Below are positions 20,301 through 30,430 of a DNA stretch of 64,000 nt, in pieces; positions within the stretch are counted from its first letter, which is position 1, and the number at the start of each line of letters is the position of its first letter. The notes beneath the pieces are model-generated. The model was not told the DNA's origin, did not search any database, and was given only the letters and a program-made list of their open reading frames with translations. The stretch lies in contig JBJELO010000208.1 of the NCBI GenBank assembly GCA_051879195.1, positions 20,007-84,006 of the forward strand. Reading direction: 5' to 3'. The stretch is from Lachnospiraceae bacterium (GTDB taxonomy: Bacteria; Bacillota; Clostridia; Lachnospirales; Lachnospiraceae). The position numbers and the translations under genes are program-made.

Positions 20301-20406
20301 CTATGCCAATAAAACAAGGCTGAATGATTACGCTATGAAACTTGTGTTTAAGTGTACGGATAATGATTCACTTATCAGGGAAAGTAAGAAAGTCAAGGTG
20401 AGATAA
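17350..20406 (+). CDS. GH2 beta-galactosidase (LacZ/EbgA-like)
   Basis: NAIRCSHYP, WSLGNES, CEYGHAMGNGPG, QGGFIWEW, YGGDFGD; GTG start after GAGGAGG. Confidence 0.93.
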   Translation: MKRVKKRWENEELLQIGRREVHTDFSRAGADGFRLSLNGSWKFLYLKAPEYSPEGFCEEEFADACWDDLEVPSCWQLKGYGYLHYTDVWYLFPIHPPFVPSENPTGIYRRTVTVPETWTGRRNILRFDGVSSAYDVWVNGIHAGYSKVSRLSAEFDITKLLRTGDNQITVRVYQWSDGTYLECQDMWWYSGIFRDVTLISEPECGVIDYVTEASLDDTYRNGILEQQVEASKEADCIAWELRNVEGNVLHAGTEELTEGKVSIRTEVGPVQPWSAEIPCLYELKLNLLKQGEVMDCVSVRTGFRKIEVKGENFTVNGKAILLNGVNLHDFSPTGGACVDPGVVEEDLRMMKQHNINAIRCSHYPKMPYFYELCDRYGFYVIDEADLETHGFEWIQKYEWLNDEPSWKAAYCDRSTRMVKEHRNHPCILMWSLGNESSTGANFTASAEAIRSLDSSRLIHYESDYGAEITDVYSTMYTRLDGMKRIGESNDCHGKPHILCEYGHAMGNGPGNLEEYQELFHTYKRLQGGFIWEWYDHGIQAKDERGHITWRYGGDFGDQPNNSNFCMDGLMRPDRVPSTGLVHYKQVIAPVKAEAVDLKEGKIRLRNLNYFRSLEDVSLRYQIMHDDCVDLEGITEHLEIGPQEEQIVTLPHTPETVLAGTDYYLNLTFVYNRDMDFAPCGHEIAKAQFLLPVYREMIKEVPKTAEYAGKMVGRIALNETNVRAEITGETFRVVFDRVTGQLLTYEKDGKMRIVSGPVLNLRRATIDNDMYKVGDWHGKYFLQKQQEQLEAFRAEMIEADGETYARVSVDTHFSPLSMAFGFKGHYVYRIYADGTMELDLNMNGFKYSSFVPEFIPRIGIEMKLPGEMRRVAWYGLGPEENYCDMKSASVMGVYRSDVDGMHVEYAMPQENGHRGQVKWLAVGDEQESLLICAGGEVEIDVHDYTIDALEKAKHVGEIRRCPETIVHIDAKHSGLGTNACGEEQTYANKTRLNDYAMKLVFKCTDNDSLIRESKKVKVR

Positions 20407-20408
20407 AA

Positions 20409-20612
20409 GGTGATTCTTTCTTTGGTGAGGAAAATATCTATGAACTGTTTATCGAAAACGGTAAAAATGTTGCAGATATTCCGATTTCTCCCAATGCTCT
20501 GGAAGCAAGCGATTCCATCGGAGCAGCTGTTTCTAAGATTTTCTTAAACGGTGAGGATGTGGAAAGCACCATGAAATCCCTCCAGTCAGAACTGGAGAGC
20601 AAATTCCAGTAA
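20409..20612 (+). pseudogene. C-terminal 67-codon remnant of a sugar ABC solute-binding protein
   Basis: GDSFFGEENIYELF...IFLNGEDVESTMKSLQSELESKFQ*; no start or RBS; begins 2 nt after the beta-galactosidase stop. Confidence 0.65.
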
Positions 20613-20719
20613 ACTTTTCTCAACCGGTAAAGTTCTCCTGAAAAAGCCGGGAAACAGATTCCTGCGGCTTTCATAAGGAGCAAAAGATAGAACAAAGTAA
20701 AATCCCGGCGGAATGACGG

Positions 20720-20753
20720 GTAAAAAAGGGGCATTTTTATGCCCTTTTTTTAA
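20720..20753 (+). terminator. Rho-independent terminator
   Basis: AAAAAAGGGGCAT-TTTT-ATGCCCTTTTTTT. Confidence 0.65.
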
Positions 20754-20833
20754 CAGAATATGATATACTTCTTGTAGAACTCCTGAGCAGGCTGTCAGAA
20801 GCGGATTTCCAGAGATGTCTACAAGAGAGCAGA

Positions 20834-21736
20834 ATGGAGATTTGTATGAAGAAATATCTGGGTATTTTGGGTCTTTTGACTGTTACCATTATATGGGGAG
20901 GCGGATTTGCGGCCAGCGATATGGCGCTGGAGACAATGACGCCGTTTCAGATTATGGCAGTTCGTTTTCTGATTGCTGCGGTGCTGATGACAGTTCTGGG
21001 TAGAAAACAGATTCCGACGATTACAAGGGAAGAGGTACGGTGCGGATTCTGGCTGGGAACGGCGCTGTTTGCAGGTTTTGCGCTTCAGATCATCGGACTG
21101 CAGTACACGACTGCATCGAAAAATGCGTTCCTGACAGCTACGAATGTGGTATTTGTTCCGTTTATCGCACTGTTCATTTATCGCAAAAAGATTGAAATCA
21201 AAAGTCTGATCGGTGCGGGAATGGCAATTGTGGGAGCGGGCATATTATCCTTGCAGAGCGATTTTTCCATCGGAATCGGCGACGGGCTTACGCTGCTGTG
21301 TGCCGTTGGGTTTGCCTTTCAGATCTTTCTTACAGGTGAATACGTGGGCAGAATCCGGCCGTCGGTGCTGAATTTTCTGCAGATGATGACGGCCTGCGTG
21401 CTTTCGGTTATCGGCCTGGTGGCGACGGGTGGATTTCATTTTCAGCCGTCTGTGAAAAGTATGCTGGCGGTGCTCTATCTGGGTGTGGTGAGTACGACAG
21501 TGTGCTATCTGCTCCAGACAGTGTCTCAGAAATATGTGGACGAAACGAAATCTGCGATTATCCTTTCCATGGAGTCTGTCTTCGGCATGCTGTTTTCCGT
21601 GCTGCTTCTGCATGAAAGCGTTACCGCGCGCATGGTGATCGGTTCTGCAATGATTCTGGCAGCAGTTCTGGTATCTGAAATTCAGCTTCCCCGGAAGACA
21701 AAGATGGAAGCAGGTGCACAGGAGAGTTTAATATAA
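20834..21736 (+). CDS. DMT/EamA-family transporter
   Basis: IWGGGF, GLQYTTASKNAFLT, ESVFG; ~10 TM; start may be 20846. Confidence 0.9.
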   Translation: MEICMKKYLGILGLLTVTIIWGGGFAASDMALETMTPFQIMAVRFLIAAVLMTVLGRKQIPTITREEVRCGFWLGTALFAGFALQIIGLQYTTASKNAFLTATNVVFVPFIALFIYRKKIEIKSLIGAGMAIVGAGILSLQSDFSIGIGDGLTLLCAVGFAFQIFLTGEYVGRIRPSVLNFLQMMTACVLSVIGLVATGGFHFQPSVKSMLAVLYLGVVSTTVCYLLQTVSQKYVDETKSAIILSMESVFGMLFSVLLLHESVTARMVIGSAMILAAVLVSEIQLPRKTKMEAGAQESLI

Positions 21737-21762
21737 CAGTTCAGCCCCTGCTGAACCGTTAC
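21734..21762. repeat. Degenerate REP-like palindrome
   Basis: TAACAGTTCAGC-CCCT-GCTGAACCGTTAC, overlapping a stop codon. Confidence 0.6.
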
Positions 21763-21772
21763 AGAATTTTGA

Positions 21773-22780
<1,008 letters not shown>

Positions 22781-22799
22781 TTGTGGGGTGCAGTGAACG

Positions 22800-23813
22800 A
22801 TGGAGCAGAATTTACTTGAAGTTTTGTTGAGTACCGATTCGGTATCAGGGGAGGAATTTTCCCTGCAGGATAAACTGGAAGCATATATGAAGCCCTTCGC
22901 GGACAGCTGTGAGCGGGATGCCGTCGGGGACGGAATCTACACGGTGAAGGGTACAGAAAGCGGTCGGACCATTCTTCTGGCGGCACACATCGATGAGATC
23001 GGTCTGATGGTCACCGGAGCAACGGAGGACGGTTTCCTGAAGGTGATCAATGTGGGCGGAATCCGTCCGCGGACCTATCCGGGGCATGGTGTGATGATCC
23101 GCACGGAAAACGGGATTCTGTACGGAAGTGTGGTGATGAATCCTCAGACGTTTAAAAATGGAGAAATGGAAGGGAAACATCTGCTGATCGACATCGGAGC
23201 GGTTTCAAAGGAAGAAGCATTGTCGAAGGTCCGCCCCGGAGATACGGCAGTGTTTGATGCGCAGATCCGCAGTCTGCTGAATGGACGGATCCGGGCCAGA
23301 GGCCTGGACGATAAAAGCGGTGTTTATGCCATTATGGAAGCACTGAAGCGGGTCGGTCAGCAGGAGTCTGTCAATACCGTCATGGCAGCTGCCACGGCAG
23401 GAGAAGAAAACAGCAAACATGGCGCCAGATGGGTTGCCGAGAGAAAGCGGCCTGATGAAGCCATCATTGTGGATGTAACCTATACCAGCGATTACGACGG
23501 CATGCGGGACGCGGAATGGGGCGAGGTATCTCTGGGAAAAGGCCCGGTCCTCTGCATCAATTCCATCTGTGACAAAACCATGAACCGTACTCTGATGAAA
23601 ATTGCAGAACAGGAAGGGATTCCCTGTCAGCTGGAGGTCAGCTCCGGGCGAAGCTGCACCGATGCGGATGAAATTCATTTTGCCGCAGACGGAATTCCGG
23701 TGGCTCTGGTGTCGATTCCACTGCGCTATATGCATACGCCTGCGGAAACAGCGGATCTGCAGGATCTGGAAAATACGATCCGGCTGCTGACGGCGTATCT
23801 GATGCAGTCCTGA
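22800..23813 (+). CDS. M42-family metallopeptidase
   Basis: AHIDEIG, LDDKSG, GEE, VDVT, RYMHTPAE. Confidence 0.9.
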   Translation: MEQNLLEVLLSTDSVSGEEFSLQDKLEAYMKPFADSCERDAVGDGIYTVKGTESGRTILLAAHIDEIGLMVTGATEDGFLKVINVGGIRPRTYPGHGVMIRTENGILYGSVVMNPQTFKNGEMEGKHLLIDIGAVSKEEALSKVRPGDTAVFDAQIRSLLNGRIRARGLDDKSGVYAIMEALKRVGQQESVNTVMAAATAGEENSKHGARWVAERKRPDEAIIVDVTYTSDYDGMRDAEWGEVSLGKGPVLCINSICDKTMNRTLMKIAEQEGIPCQLEVSSGRSCTDADEIHFAADGIPVALVSIPLRYMHTPAETADLQDLENTIRLLTAYLMQS

Positions 23814-23930
23814 GGCAGAAAAACAGCAGAGAAAAGCAGGAAAAGATAAACGGGGGAGAAAAGCCCGGGGTAACGGGCAGCAGGAGGCAAAACAAAAGAA
23901 GCCGGATGAAACGGGGAAGGGAAACGATTT

Positions 23931-25481
23931 ATGGCAAAGTATTATCTTGGATTTGATGCGGGGACTCAGAGTGTAAAGGTGGCTGTTTACAGAGAGGATA
24001 TGGTGTGTGTGGCATCGTCTTCTTCACCCACTACTCTGACGTATCCGCATCCGGGCTGGGTCAGCATGGATGTGGATGAATATCTGGAGCTGGCGGTAAA
24101 GGGCATGGCGGAGTGTGCAGAGCAGATGCGCAGGCAGGGACTGGATCCGGCGGATGTGCAGGCGATTATGGGGGACGGCATTATCTGTGGAATCGCCGGT
24201 GTGGATGCGGACGGCAATGCCATAACGCCTTACATCAATTATCTGGATTCCAGAACACAGGAGGACGAACTGCTCATCAACAGCTGGGATCTTGATATCT
24301 GGGGGCGCGAGACGGGCAATCCGGAGGCAAAATGCATGTTTCCCGCTTTATTTGCCAGATGGTTTCTGAAAAACAGCGAAGCCTTTCAGGAGAGAGGGGT
24401 GAAATTCATTCACAATGCTCCCTATGTGCTGGCGCACCTGGCCGGACTGAAGGCAGATGACATGTTTATCGACTGGGGAACCGTGTCAGGCTGGGGGCTT
24501 GGCTATAAAGTGGAGGAAAAATGCTGGTCGGGCGAGCAGCTGTCCATTCTTGGTATTCCGGAAAACATGATGCCGAAAATCGTGAAGCCCTGGGATATCA
24601 TCGGTCATCTGACAGAAGAAATGGCAGAAAAAACCGGTTTTCCCGCTGGAATTCCCATCTGCGGCGGTGCAGGCGATACCATGCAGTCCATGCTGGGCAG
24701 CGGCAATATGGAAGCCGGGCAGGCGGTGGATGTGGCCGGAACCTGCGCCATGTTCTGCGTCTCCACAAAGGGAATCATACCGGAACTGAGCAGAAAGGGA
24801 GCGGGGCTGATTTTCAACAGCGGAACGCTGCCGGACACTTATTTTTACTGGGGATATATCCGTACCGGCGGACTGGCGCTTCGGTGGTATAAGGATAACA
24901 TCTGCAGACAGGAAAAGGACGGCAGCTACTATCAGGTACTGAGCAGTCAGGCAGCACAGGTGCCGGCGGGATCAGGCGGTGTCCTGTTCCTGCCGTATCT
25001 TACCGGCGGTACCAACGATATCAGAGAAGCCACCGGCTGCTTCCTGAATGTGACGCTTGACACCGACCAGGCTGTTCTGTGGCGCGCTGTGTTGGAAGCA
25101 ATCGGCTACGATTACATGGAGATTACAAAGCGGTATCGAAGTGCAGGCGTGGACATGAGCCGGATCACCATCACGGAAGGCGGCAGCCGGGATGAACTCT
25201 GGAACCAGATGAAATCCGATATGCTGGACAGCGAGGTCATTACCCTGAAAAATGCCGGCGGAGCGGTGGTTACCAACTGTCTCTTTGGTGCATATGCCCT
25301 GGGCCACATCACCGATATCCATGCAGCCCTGAAGGACAATCTGGAAATCAAACGGCTGTATCACACCAGCCGGGAAAATCATGAATTTTACGAAAAGCAG
25401 TATCAATTCAGGGATAAACTGATCCGCCAGGATATGCGGAATGTCTTCCGGACGCTGAAAATGATGCAGGGTAATGTATAA
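23931..25481 (+). CDS. FGGY-family carbohydrate kinase
   Basis: GFDAGTQSVK, GAGDT, FLPYLTG, EGGSR. Confidence 0.9.
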   Translation: MAKYYLGFDAGTQSVKVAVYREDMVCVASSSSPTTLTYPHPGWVSMDVDEYLELAVKGMAECAEQMRRQGLDPADVQAIMGDGIICGIAGVDADGNAITPYINYLDSRTQEDELLINSWDLDIWGRETGNPEAKCMFPALFARWFLKNSEAFQERGVKFIHNAPYVLAHLAGLKADDMFIDWGTVSGWGLGYKVEEKCWSGEQLSILGIPENMMPKIVKPWDIIGHLTEEMAEKTGFPAGIPICGGAGDTMQSMLGSGNMEAGQAVDVAGTCAMFCVSTKGIIPELSRKGAGLIFNSGTLPDTYFYWGYIRTGGLALRWYKDNICRQEKDGSYYQVLSSQAAQVPAGSGGVLFLPYLTGGTNDIREATGCFLNVTLDTDQAVLWRAVLEAIGYDYMEITKRYRSAGVDMSRITITEGGSRDELWNQMKSDMLDSEVITLKNAGGAVVTNCLFGAYALGHITDIHAALKDNLEIKRLYHTSRENHEFYEKQYQFRDKLIRQDMRNVFRTLKMMQGNV

Positions 25482-25580
25482 TTCAGGACAAATTTTACAA
25501 AGATATTTGATGGAAACGGTATTGAATTAAATCCGGCAGAGCTTTACAATAAGTGGTAAAAACGAAAAGGAGACAATGCC

Positions 25581-26807
25581 ATGAAAGCGGATCAGTTAAT
25601 GGAAGAGGCTTCACAGCTGAAGGAAACGATTATTTCAAACAGAAGATATCTGCATAGTCATCCGGAGACGGGTTTTGATTTAAATGAGACAAAGGCTTAT
25701 GTGAAACAGGAGCTTATTGATATGGGCTATGAGCCTGTGGAATGCGGCAGGGCCGGTCTGGTTGCCCTTGCCGGTGGCAAAAAGGAAGGAAAGGTATTTA
25801 TGCTCCGGGCTGATATGGATGCGCTGCCCATCAGAGAAGAGGCCGATGTTGATTTTGCATCGGACAATGGCAGAATGCATGCATGCGGACATGATATGCA
25901 TACTTCCATGCTGCTGGGAGCGGCAAGACTGCTGAAGCAGCATGAGGATGAAATCGAGGGTACCATCAAGCTGATGTTCCAGCCTGCGGAAGAAATCTTT
26001 GAAGGCTCACATGATATGATTGAAGACGGGCTGTTGAAAAATCCTGATGTGGATTCTGCTCTGATGATCCATGTTATGGCAGGGATGCCTTTCCCAGCGG
26101 GAACGGTGGTCGTGTCATCTCCCGGTGTCAGCGCGCCGGCAGCGGATATTTTCCGGATTAAAGTTAAGGGAAAAGGCTGTCACGGTTCCATGCCCAATAC
26201 GGGGATTGATCCGCTGAATGCGGCTGCACACATTCTGATTGCGCTGCAGGAGATCAATACCAGAGAGCTGTCTGTTATGGATCAGGCGGTTCTGACCATT
26301 GGCAGCATGAATGCCGGTACTGCACCCAATGTGATTCCCGATGTGGTTACCATGGGCGGCAGTCTTCGTACCTATGACGGTGAAGTCCGCGATTATATTA
26401 AGACACGTCTGGTGGAAATCGCTGAAGGAGTGGCAAAAACCTTTCGCGCAGAGGCAGAGGTCACCTTTACCAGCGGCTGCCCCACTCTGGTGAATGATAA
26501 AGAAATGTCACTAAGCTGTGAGAAATATGTCAAAGAGCTTCTGGGACCGGGAAAATCCTTCTCTGTTGCTGAGCTGAATGCCATGAGCGGCGGCGGAAGC
26601 TCCTCCAAATCGGCAGGTTCCGAGGACTTTGCCTACGTAAGCCAGGAAGTACCTTCCGTCATGCTTGCACTGGCAGCAGGCCAGCCGGATAAAGGATACT
26701 GCTATCCGCAGCATCACCCCATGGTGAAATTTGATGAGGAAGCACTGGCAGCGGGAAGCGCCGTGTACGCTTATACGGCAATGCGCTGGCTGGAAGAGCA
26801 TAAATAA
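25581..26807 (+). CDS. M20D amidohydrolase
   Basis: LRADMDALP, HACGHD, FQPAEE, SEDF, HHP. Confidence 0.92.
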   Translation: MKADQLMEEASQLKETIISNRRYLHSHPETGFDLNETKAYVKQELIDMGYEPVECGRAGLVALAGGKKEGKVFMLRADMDALPIREEADVDFASDNGRMHACGHDMHTSMLLGAARLLKQHEDEIEGTIKLMFQPAEEIFEGSHDMIEDGLLKNPDVDSALMIHVMAGMPFPAGTVVVSSPGVSAPAADIFRIKVKGKGCHGSMPNTGIDPLNAAAHILIALQEINTRELSVMDQAVLTIGSMNAGTAPNVIPDVVTMGGSLRTYDGEVRDYIKTRLVEIAEGVAKTFRAEAEVTFTSGCPTLVNDKEMSLSCEKYVKELLGPGKSFSVAELNAMSGGGSSSKSAGSEDFAYVSQEVPSVMLALAAGQPDKGYCYPQHHPMVKFDEEALAAGSAVYAYTAMRWLEEHK

Positions 26808-26873
26808 AAAAGCATAAGAGGCGTATAGAATATAGACAGAAAATATAAAATTTAATAGAAGGAACATCAGAGT

Positions 26874-27308
26874 ATGCAGGAAATTAAACCCTATGAGCAC
26901 AGGGTGCAGTATTACGAAACGGACCAGATGGGTATTGTTCATCATTCCAACTATATCCGCTGGTTCGAGGAAGCGCGGACATTTATCCTGGAGGAAATGG
27001 GCTTCGGATACAAAAAGATGGAGGAATGCGGTGTGCTCAGCCCCGTGCTGGCGGTCAGCGCCGAGTATAAAACCATGACCCATTACGCGGATGCTGTGCT
27101 GATTCATGTGAAAGTTGTTTCCTACAACGGAATCAAGCTGCAGCTGGCGTACACCATCGAGGATAAGGAAACGCACGAGGTGCGCTGCACCGGAGAAACA
27201 CGCCACTGCTTTTTAAGTAAAGAAGGACGGCCGCTGTCACTGAAACGGTCATTCCCGGAGATTCACGGGATATTTGAAGTCATGCTGGAACAGGAAAGTT
27301 TTGTGTAA
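26874..27308 (+). CDS. Acyl-CoA thioesterase (YbgC/4HBT family)
   Basis: YYETDQMGIVHHSNYIRWFEEAR. Confidence 0.92.
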   Translation: MQEIKPYEHRVQYYETDQMGIVHHSNYIRWFEEARTFILEEMGFGYKKMEECGVLSPVLAVSAEYKTMTHYADAVLIHVKVVSYNGIKLQLAYTIEDKETHEVRCTGETRHCFLSKEGRPLSLKRSFPEIHGIFEVMLEQESFV

Positions 27309-27314
27309 ATCTGC

Positions 27315-27332
27315 CTGGCTCTGAACAGTAAC
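27315..27332. repeat. Solo end of the REP/MITE-like element
   Basis: CTGGCTCTGAACAGTAAC is the exact reverse complement of the first 18 nt at 16129. Confidence 0.7.
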
Positions 27333-27389
27333 TAAAATAATGATTGACAGTTCTGAGAATCGGTGTTATCTTTAAAAACGATAACATAA

Positions 27390-27689
27390 GAAAAGCAATG
27401 ACGGAAAAGAGTAGTTTGCAGGAAACATCCAGAGAGAGCAGCAGAAGGTGGAAGCTGTTTATGCGGAATGCTTACGAAAACCATTCCGGAGCTGCAGTGC
27501 CTAAGGTGTGATCGGGATTCTGTTTGTACAGTTTTCTCTGTAGAATGTTTCTTTTCATAACTGTTAAGTGCTGCCGTATGCCTGCGTTAAAGGATAGGAT
27601 TTGCTGGAATCTGAAGTGAAAAGTTAAGGTGGAACCGTGCTGTATGCACCCTTGGATATGCCATTGGTATGTCCCGGGGTGCTTTTCTT
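27390..27689 (+). ncRNA. T-box riboswitch (Thr)
   Basis: Promoter TTGACA(27344)-17bp-TATCTT; AGTAG and AGAGAG motifs; ACC specifier 27480-27482; AGGTGGAACCG 27627-27637; terminator 27646-27689; precedes thrS. Confidence 0.9.
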
Positions 27690-27808
27690 ATGTTACTGAA
27701 AAAGTGTTGTATTCACAGATTCATCATGAAAGAGAGCGCTGATAGAACATGATGAAAGGCAGACGGGCAGTTTTTGGCACTGCCGTCAGGCAGAAAGGAG
27801 CATGGGAA

Positions 27809-29587
27809 ATGAAAGTTTTACAAAGTAGCGGCCACATAACGGAAGAAGTATTTGAAGGAGCAGAGATCAGATTTGAGGAGGCCCGCGGAAGGCAGGCGTT
27901 CTGGCATACCAGCGCACATGTGCTGGCACAGGCTGTAAAAAGATTGTATCCGGACACAAAATGTGCCATCGGGCCGGCAGTGGAAAACGGATTTTATTAT
28001 GATTTTGAATTCGGTTTTCATTTTACAGATGAGCATCTGAAGGCGGTTGAGGCGGAAATGAGACGAATCGTCAGGGAATCGCTGTCGCTGCAGGTGTCTG
28101 AGGTGAGCAGGGAAGAAGCCCTTTCCTGTATGGAACATGCAGGTGAAAGTTATAAAGTGGAAATGATCCGTGAACTGCCGGAAGAAGAAACGATTACTTT
28201 TTACAGGCAGGGCAATTATGTGGAATTCTGTGCCGGTCCCCACATTTCCAATACCTGTCAGATCAAGGCATTTAAACTGCTGTCGGTTGCCGGTGCATAC
28301 TGGCGGGGCAGTGAAAAGAACAGAATGCTTACCAGAATTTACGGAATTTCTTTTCCGAAAGCTTCCCTGCTGGAGCAGCATCTGCGGATGCTGGAGGAGG
28401 CAAAACTGAGGGATCACAGAAAGCTGGGAAAGGAACTGGGACTGTTCACACTGATGGAAGAAGGTCCGGGATTTCCCTTTTTCCTGCCTAAAGGGATGAT
28501 TCTGAAAAATCTTCTGATCGATTACTGGAGACAGATTCATGAGAGGGAGGGTTATCAGGAAATTTCCACACCCATGATGCTGAACCGCGGTCTGTGGGAG
28601 ACCTCCGGGCACTGGGATCATTATCGTGAAAACATGTATACAACCGTCATTGATGATACGGATTTTGTCGTCAAGCCCATGAACTGTCCCGGCGGCATGC
28701 TGGTATACAAGATGCAGCCCCGGTCCTACAGGGAACTGCCGCTGCGTCTGGGAGAGCTGGGACTTGTGCACCGGCATGAGAAATCCGGGCAGCTGCACGG
28801 ACTTATGCGGGTCAGATGCTTTACTCAGGATGATGCCCATATTTTCATGACACAGGATCAGATCATGGGGGAAATTCAGCGGATCGTAAAACTCATCGAT
28901 GAAGTGTACAGCAGATTCGGTTTTCAGTATTTTGTGGAGCTTTCCACAAAGCCGGAAAACAGCGTGGGAAGTGATGAGGACTGGGAAACAGCAACGGCAG
29001 CCCTGGAAAGTGCCATGAAGGCCATGGATATGGAATATCGTGTCAACGAAGGTGACGGCGCATTTTATGGTCCGAAGCTGGATTTCCATCTGAAGGATTC
29101 CATCGGAAGAACCTGGCAGTGCGGAACCATACAGCTTGATTTCCAGCTGCCGGCACGTTTTCAGGCAGAGTATACCGGTGCGGATGGTGAGAAACACCGC
29201 CCCATCATGATCCATCGCGTAGTGTTTGGCTCCATCGAGCGCTTTATGGGAATTCTGATCGAGCATTATGCCGGAAAATTTCCTGTCTGGCTGTCACCGG
29301 TGCAGGTAAAAATACTGCCCGTATCCGGAAAATACCTGCAGTACAGCAATGAAATTGCCGGTCAGCTGAGAGCACAGGGAATCCGGGTCGAAATCGATGA
29401 AAGGGATGAAAAACTGGGTTACAAAATCAGAGAAGCCCGCCTGGACAAGGTTCCCTACATGATTATACTGGGGGAAAAGGAACAGGCCGGCGGAACCGTA
29501 TCTGTCAGACAAAGAGACGCGGAGCCCGGTCAGCAGGATATGGGCGAAATGACACCCGGAGCATTTGCAGAAATGATACTGGGATGA
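27809..29587 (+). CDS. thrS: Threonyl-tRNA synthetase (N-terminal TGS domain largely absent)
   Basis: HTSAH editing motif, RDHRKLG, KPMNCP, RVRCFTQDDAH, GAFYGPK, HRVVFGSIERF. Confidence 0.96.
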   Translation: MKVLQSSGHITEEVFEGAEIRFEEARGRQAFWHTSAHVLAQAVKRLYPDTKCAIGPAVENGFYYDFEFGFHFTDEHLKAVEAEMRRIVRESLSLQVSEVSREEALSCMEHAGESYKVEMIRELPEEETITFYRQGNYVEFCAGPHISNTCQIKAFKLLSVAGAYWRGSEKNRMLTRIYGISFPKASLLEQHLRMLEEAKLRDHRKLGKELGLFTLMEEGPGFPFFLPKGMILKNLLIDYWRQIHEREGYQEISTPMMLNRGLWETSGHWDHYRENMYTTVIDDTDFVVKPMNCPGGMLVYKMQPRSYRELPLRLGELGLVHRHEKSGQLHGLMRVRCFTQDDAHIFMTQDQIMGEIQRIVKLIDEVYSRFGFQYFVELSTKPENSVGSDEDWETATAALESAMKAMDMEYRVNEGDGAFYGPKLDFHLKDSIGRTWQCGTIQLDFQLPARFQAEYTGADGEKHRPIMIHRVVFGSIERFMGILIEHYAGKFPVWLSPVQVKILPVSGKYLQYSNEIAGQLRAQGIRVEIDERDEKLGYKIREARLDKVPYMIILGEKEQAGGTVSVRQRDAEPGQQDMGEMTPGAFAEMILG

Positions 29588-29670
29588 GGCAGACTGCAGG
29601 CTGTATATTGTAATGCTGTATGTTGTATGCCTGGGCCTGCTGTACGATTGCTGCCGGCTCGGTGATCGGA

Positions 29671-30237
29671 TTATTCTTTCCCTCTGCATACCGCTCCGGC
29701 CAGACCGAGAATGACTTCTGTTTCTTCTGCAGGAGGGATTCGGCCGGAGTCATTAATCCAGTCCTGAAGAACTTTATAGCTGCCATGAATCACAAATGAG
29801 ATTGTGGCAGCTTTTTTCTTTTCATTATGAATACCGTCCAGTGCCGTGTCCAGCATTTCTTCGATTTTCGGCAGTGAAAAAAGCCGTTCTGCGAATGTCT
29901 CATCGATGTTGTTATTGATCAGCATGGAGGAAAGTTCCAGATTGTCTTCCATGAACTGCAGCACAAAGGTAACACGGCTGTGAACGCTTTCTCTGTCCTG
30001 CACATCTGCATTTTCCAGGTTTTTTGCAATTTCATTCAGATAATCGGAACCGATTTCCGCCAGCACTTCATACTGGCTTCCATAATGATTGTAGAATGTG
30101 GTCCGGTTGATTCCCGCATTTTCGCACAGCTCCCGGATGGATATTCTGTGTATGCTCTTTTTTTTCAGCAGTTTTAAAAAAGCGCTGTGGATCAGCTGTC
30201 TGGTCAGGGCAACGCGCTGGTTTGGTTTCGTTCCCAT
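29671..30237 (-). CDS. TetR-family regulator
   Basis: ISIRELCENAGINRTTFYNHY. Confidence 0.9.
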   Translation of the reverse strand: MGTKPNQRVALTRQLIHSAFLKLLKKKSIHRISIRELCENAGINRTTFYNHYGSQYEVLAEIGSDYLNEIAKNLENADVQDRESVHSRVTFVLQFMEDNLELSSMLINNNIDETFAERLFSLPKIEEMLDTALDGIHNEKKKAATISFVIHGSYKVLQDWINDSGRIPPAEETEVILGLAGAVCRGKE

Positions 30238-30250
30238 ATGGTCCTCCGTG

Positions 30251-30301
30251 AATTCAACACTTTCTGCTCATCTGTCGGTTGCAAATTCAACATGTGTTGA
30301 G
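30251..30301. promoter_or_regulatory. Putative TetR operator(s) in the divergent promoter
   Basis: AATTCAACA repeated at 30251 and 30284; TCAACA-TG-TGTTGA palindrome. Confidence 0.45.
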
Positions 30302-30430
30302 TAAAATTATTAATAAATATCAGTTTAAGGATAAAAGCGCCGGTTGTCAAGGAAAAGCAGAAGATGCCGGAGCAGAAAACCGGGACAGAAAAATCAAAAC
30401 AGAAATCAGAGCAGAGGGAGTAAATCAGAT

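Noticed and set aside
20780-20833. CTGAGCAGGC upstream of a transporter, resembling the start of a NiCo riboswitch
   Set aside because: The downstream conserved elements and four-way junction are absent.
23814-23930. Purine-rich, T-poor intergenic tract (similar one at 57230-57280)
   Set aside because: Low-complexity leading-strand bias with no regular unit; not a CRISPR array.
27818-29266. Long antisense ORFs (482 aa opposite thrS; also 17503-18726, 42526-43503, 60487-61539, 62575-63507)
   Set aside because: They are shadows of well-supported genes produced by codon bias, with no recognisable motifs.
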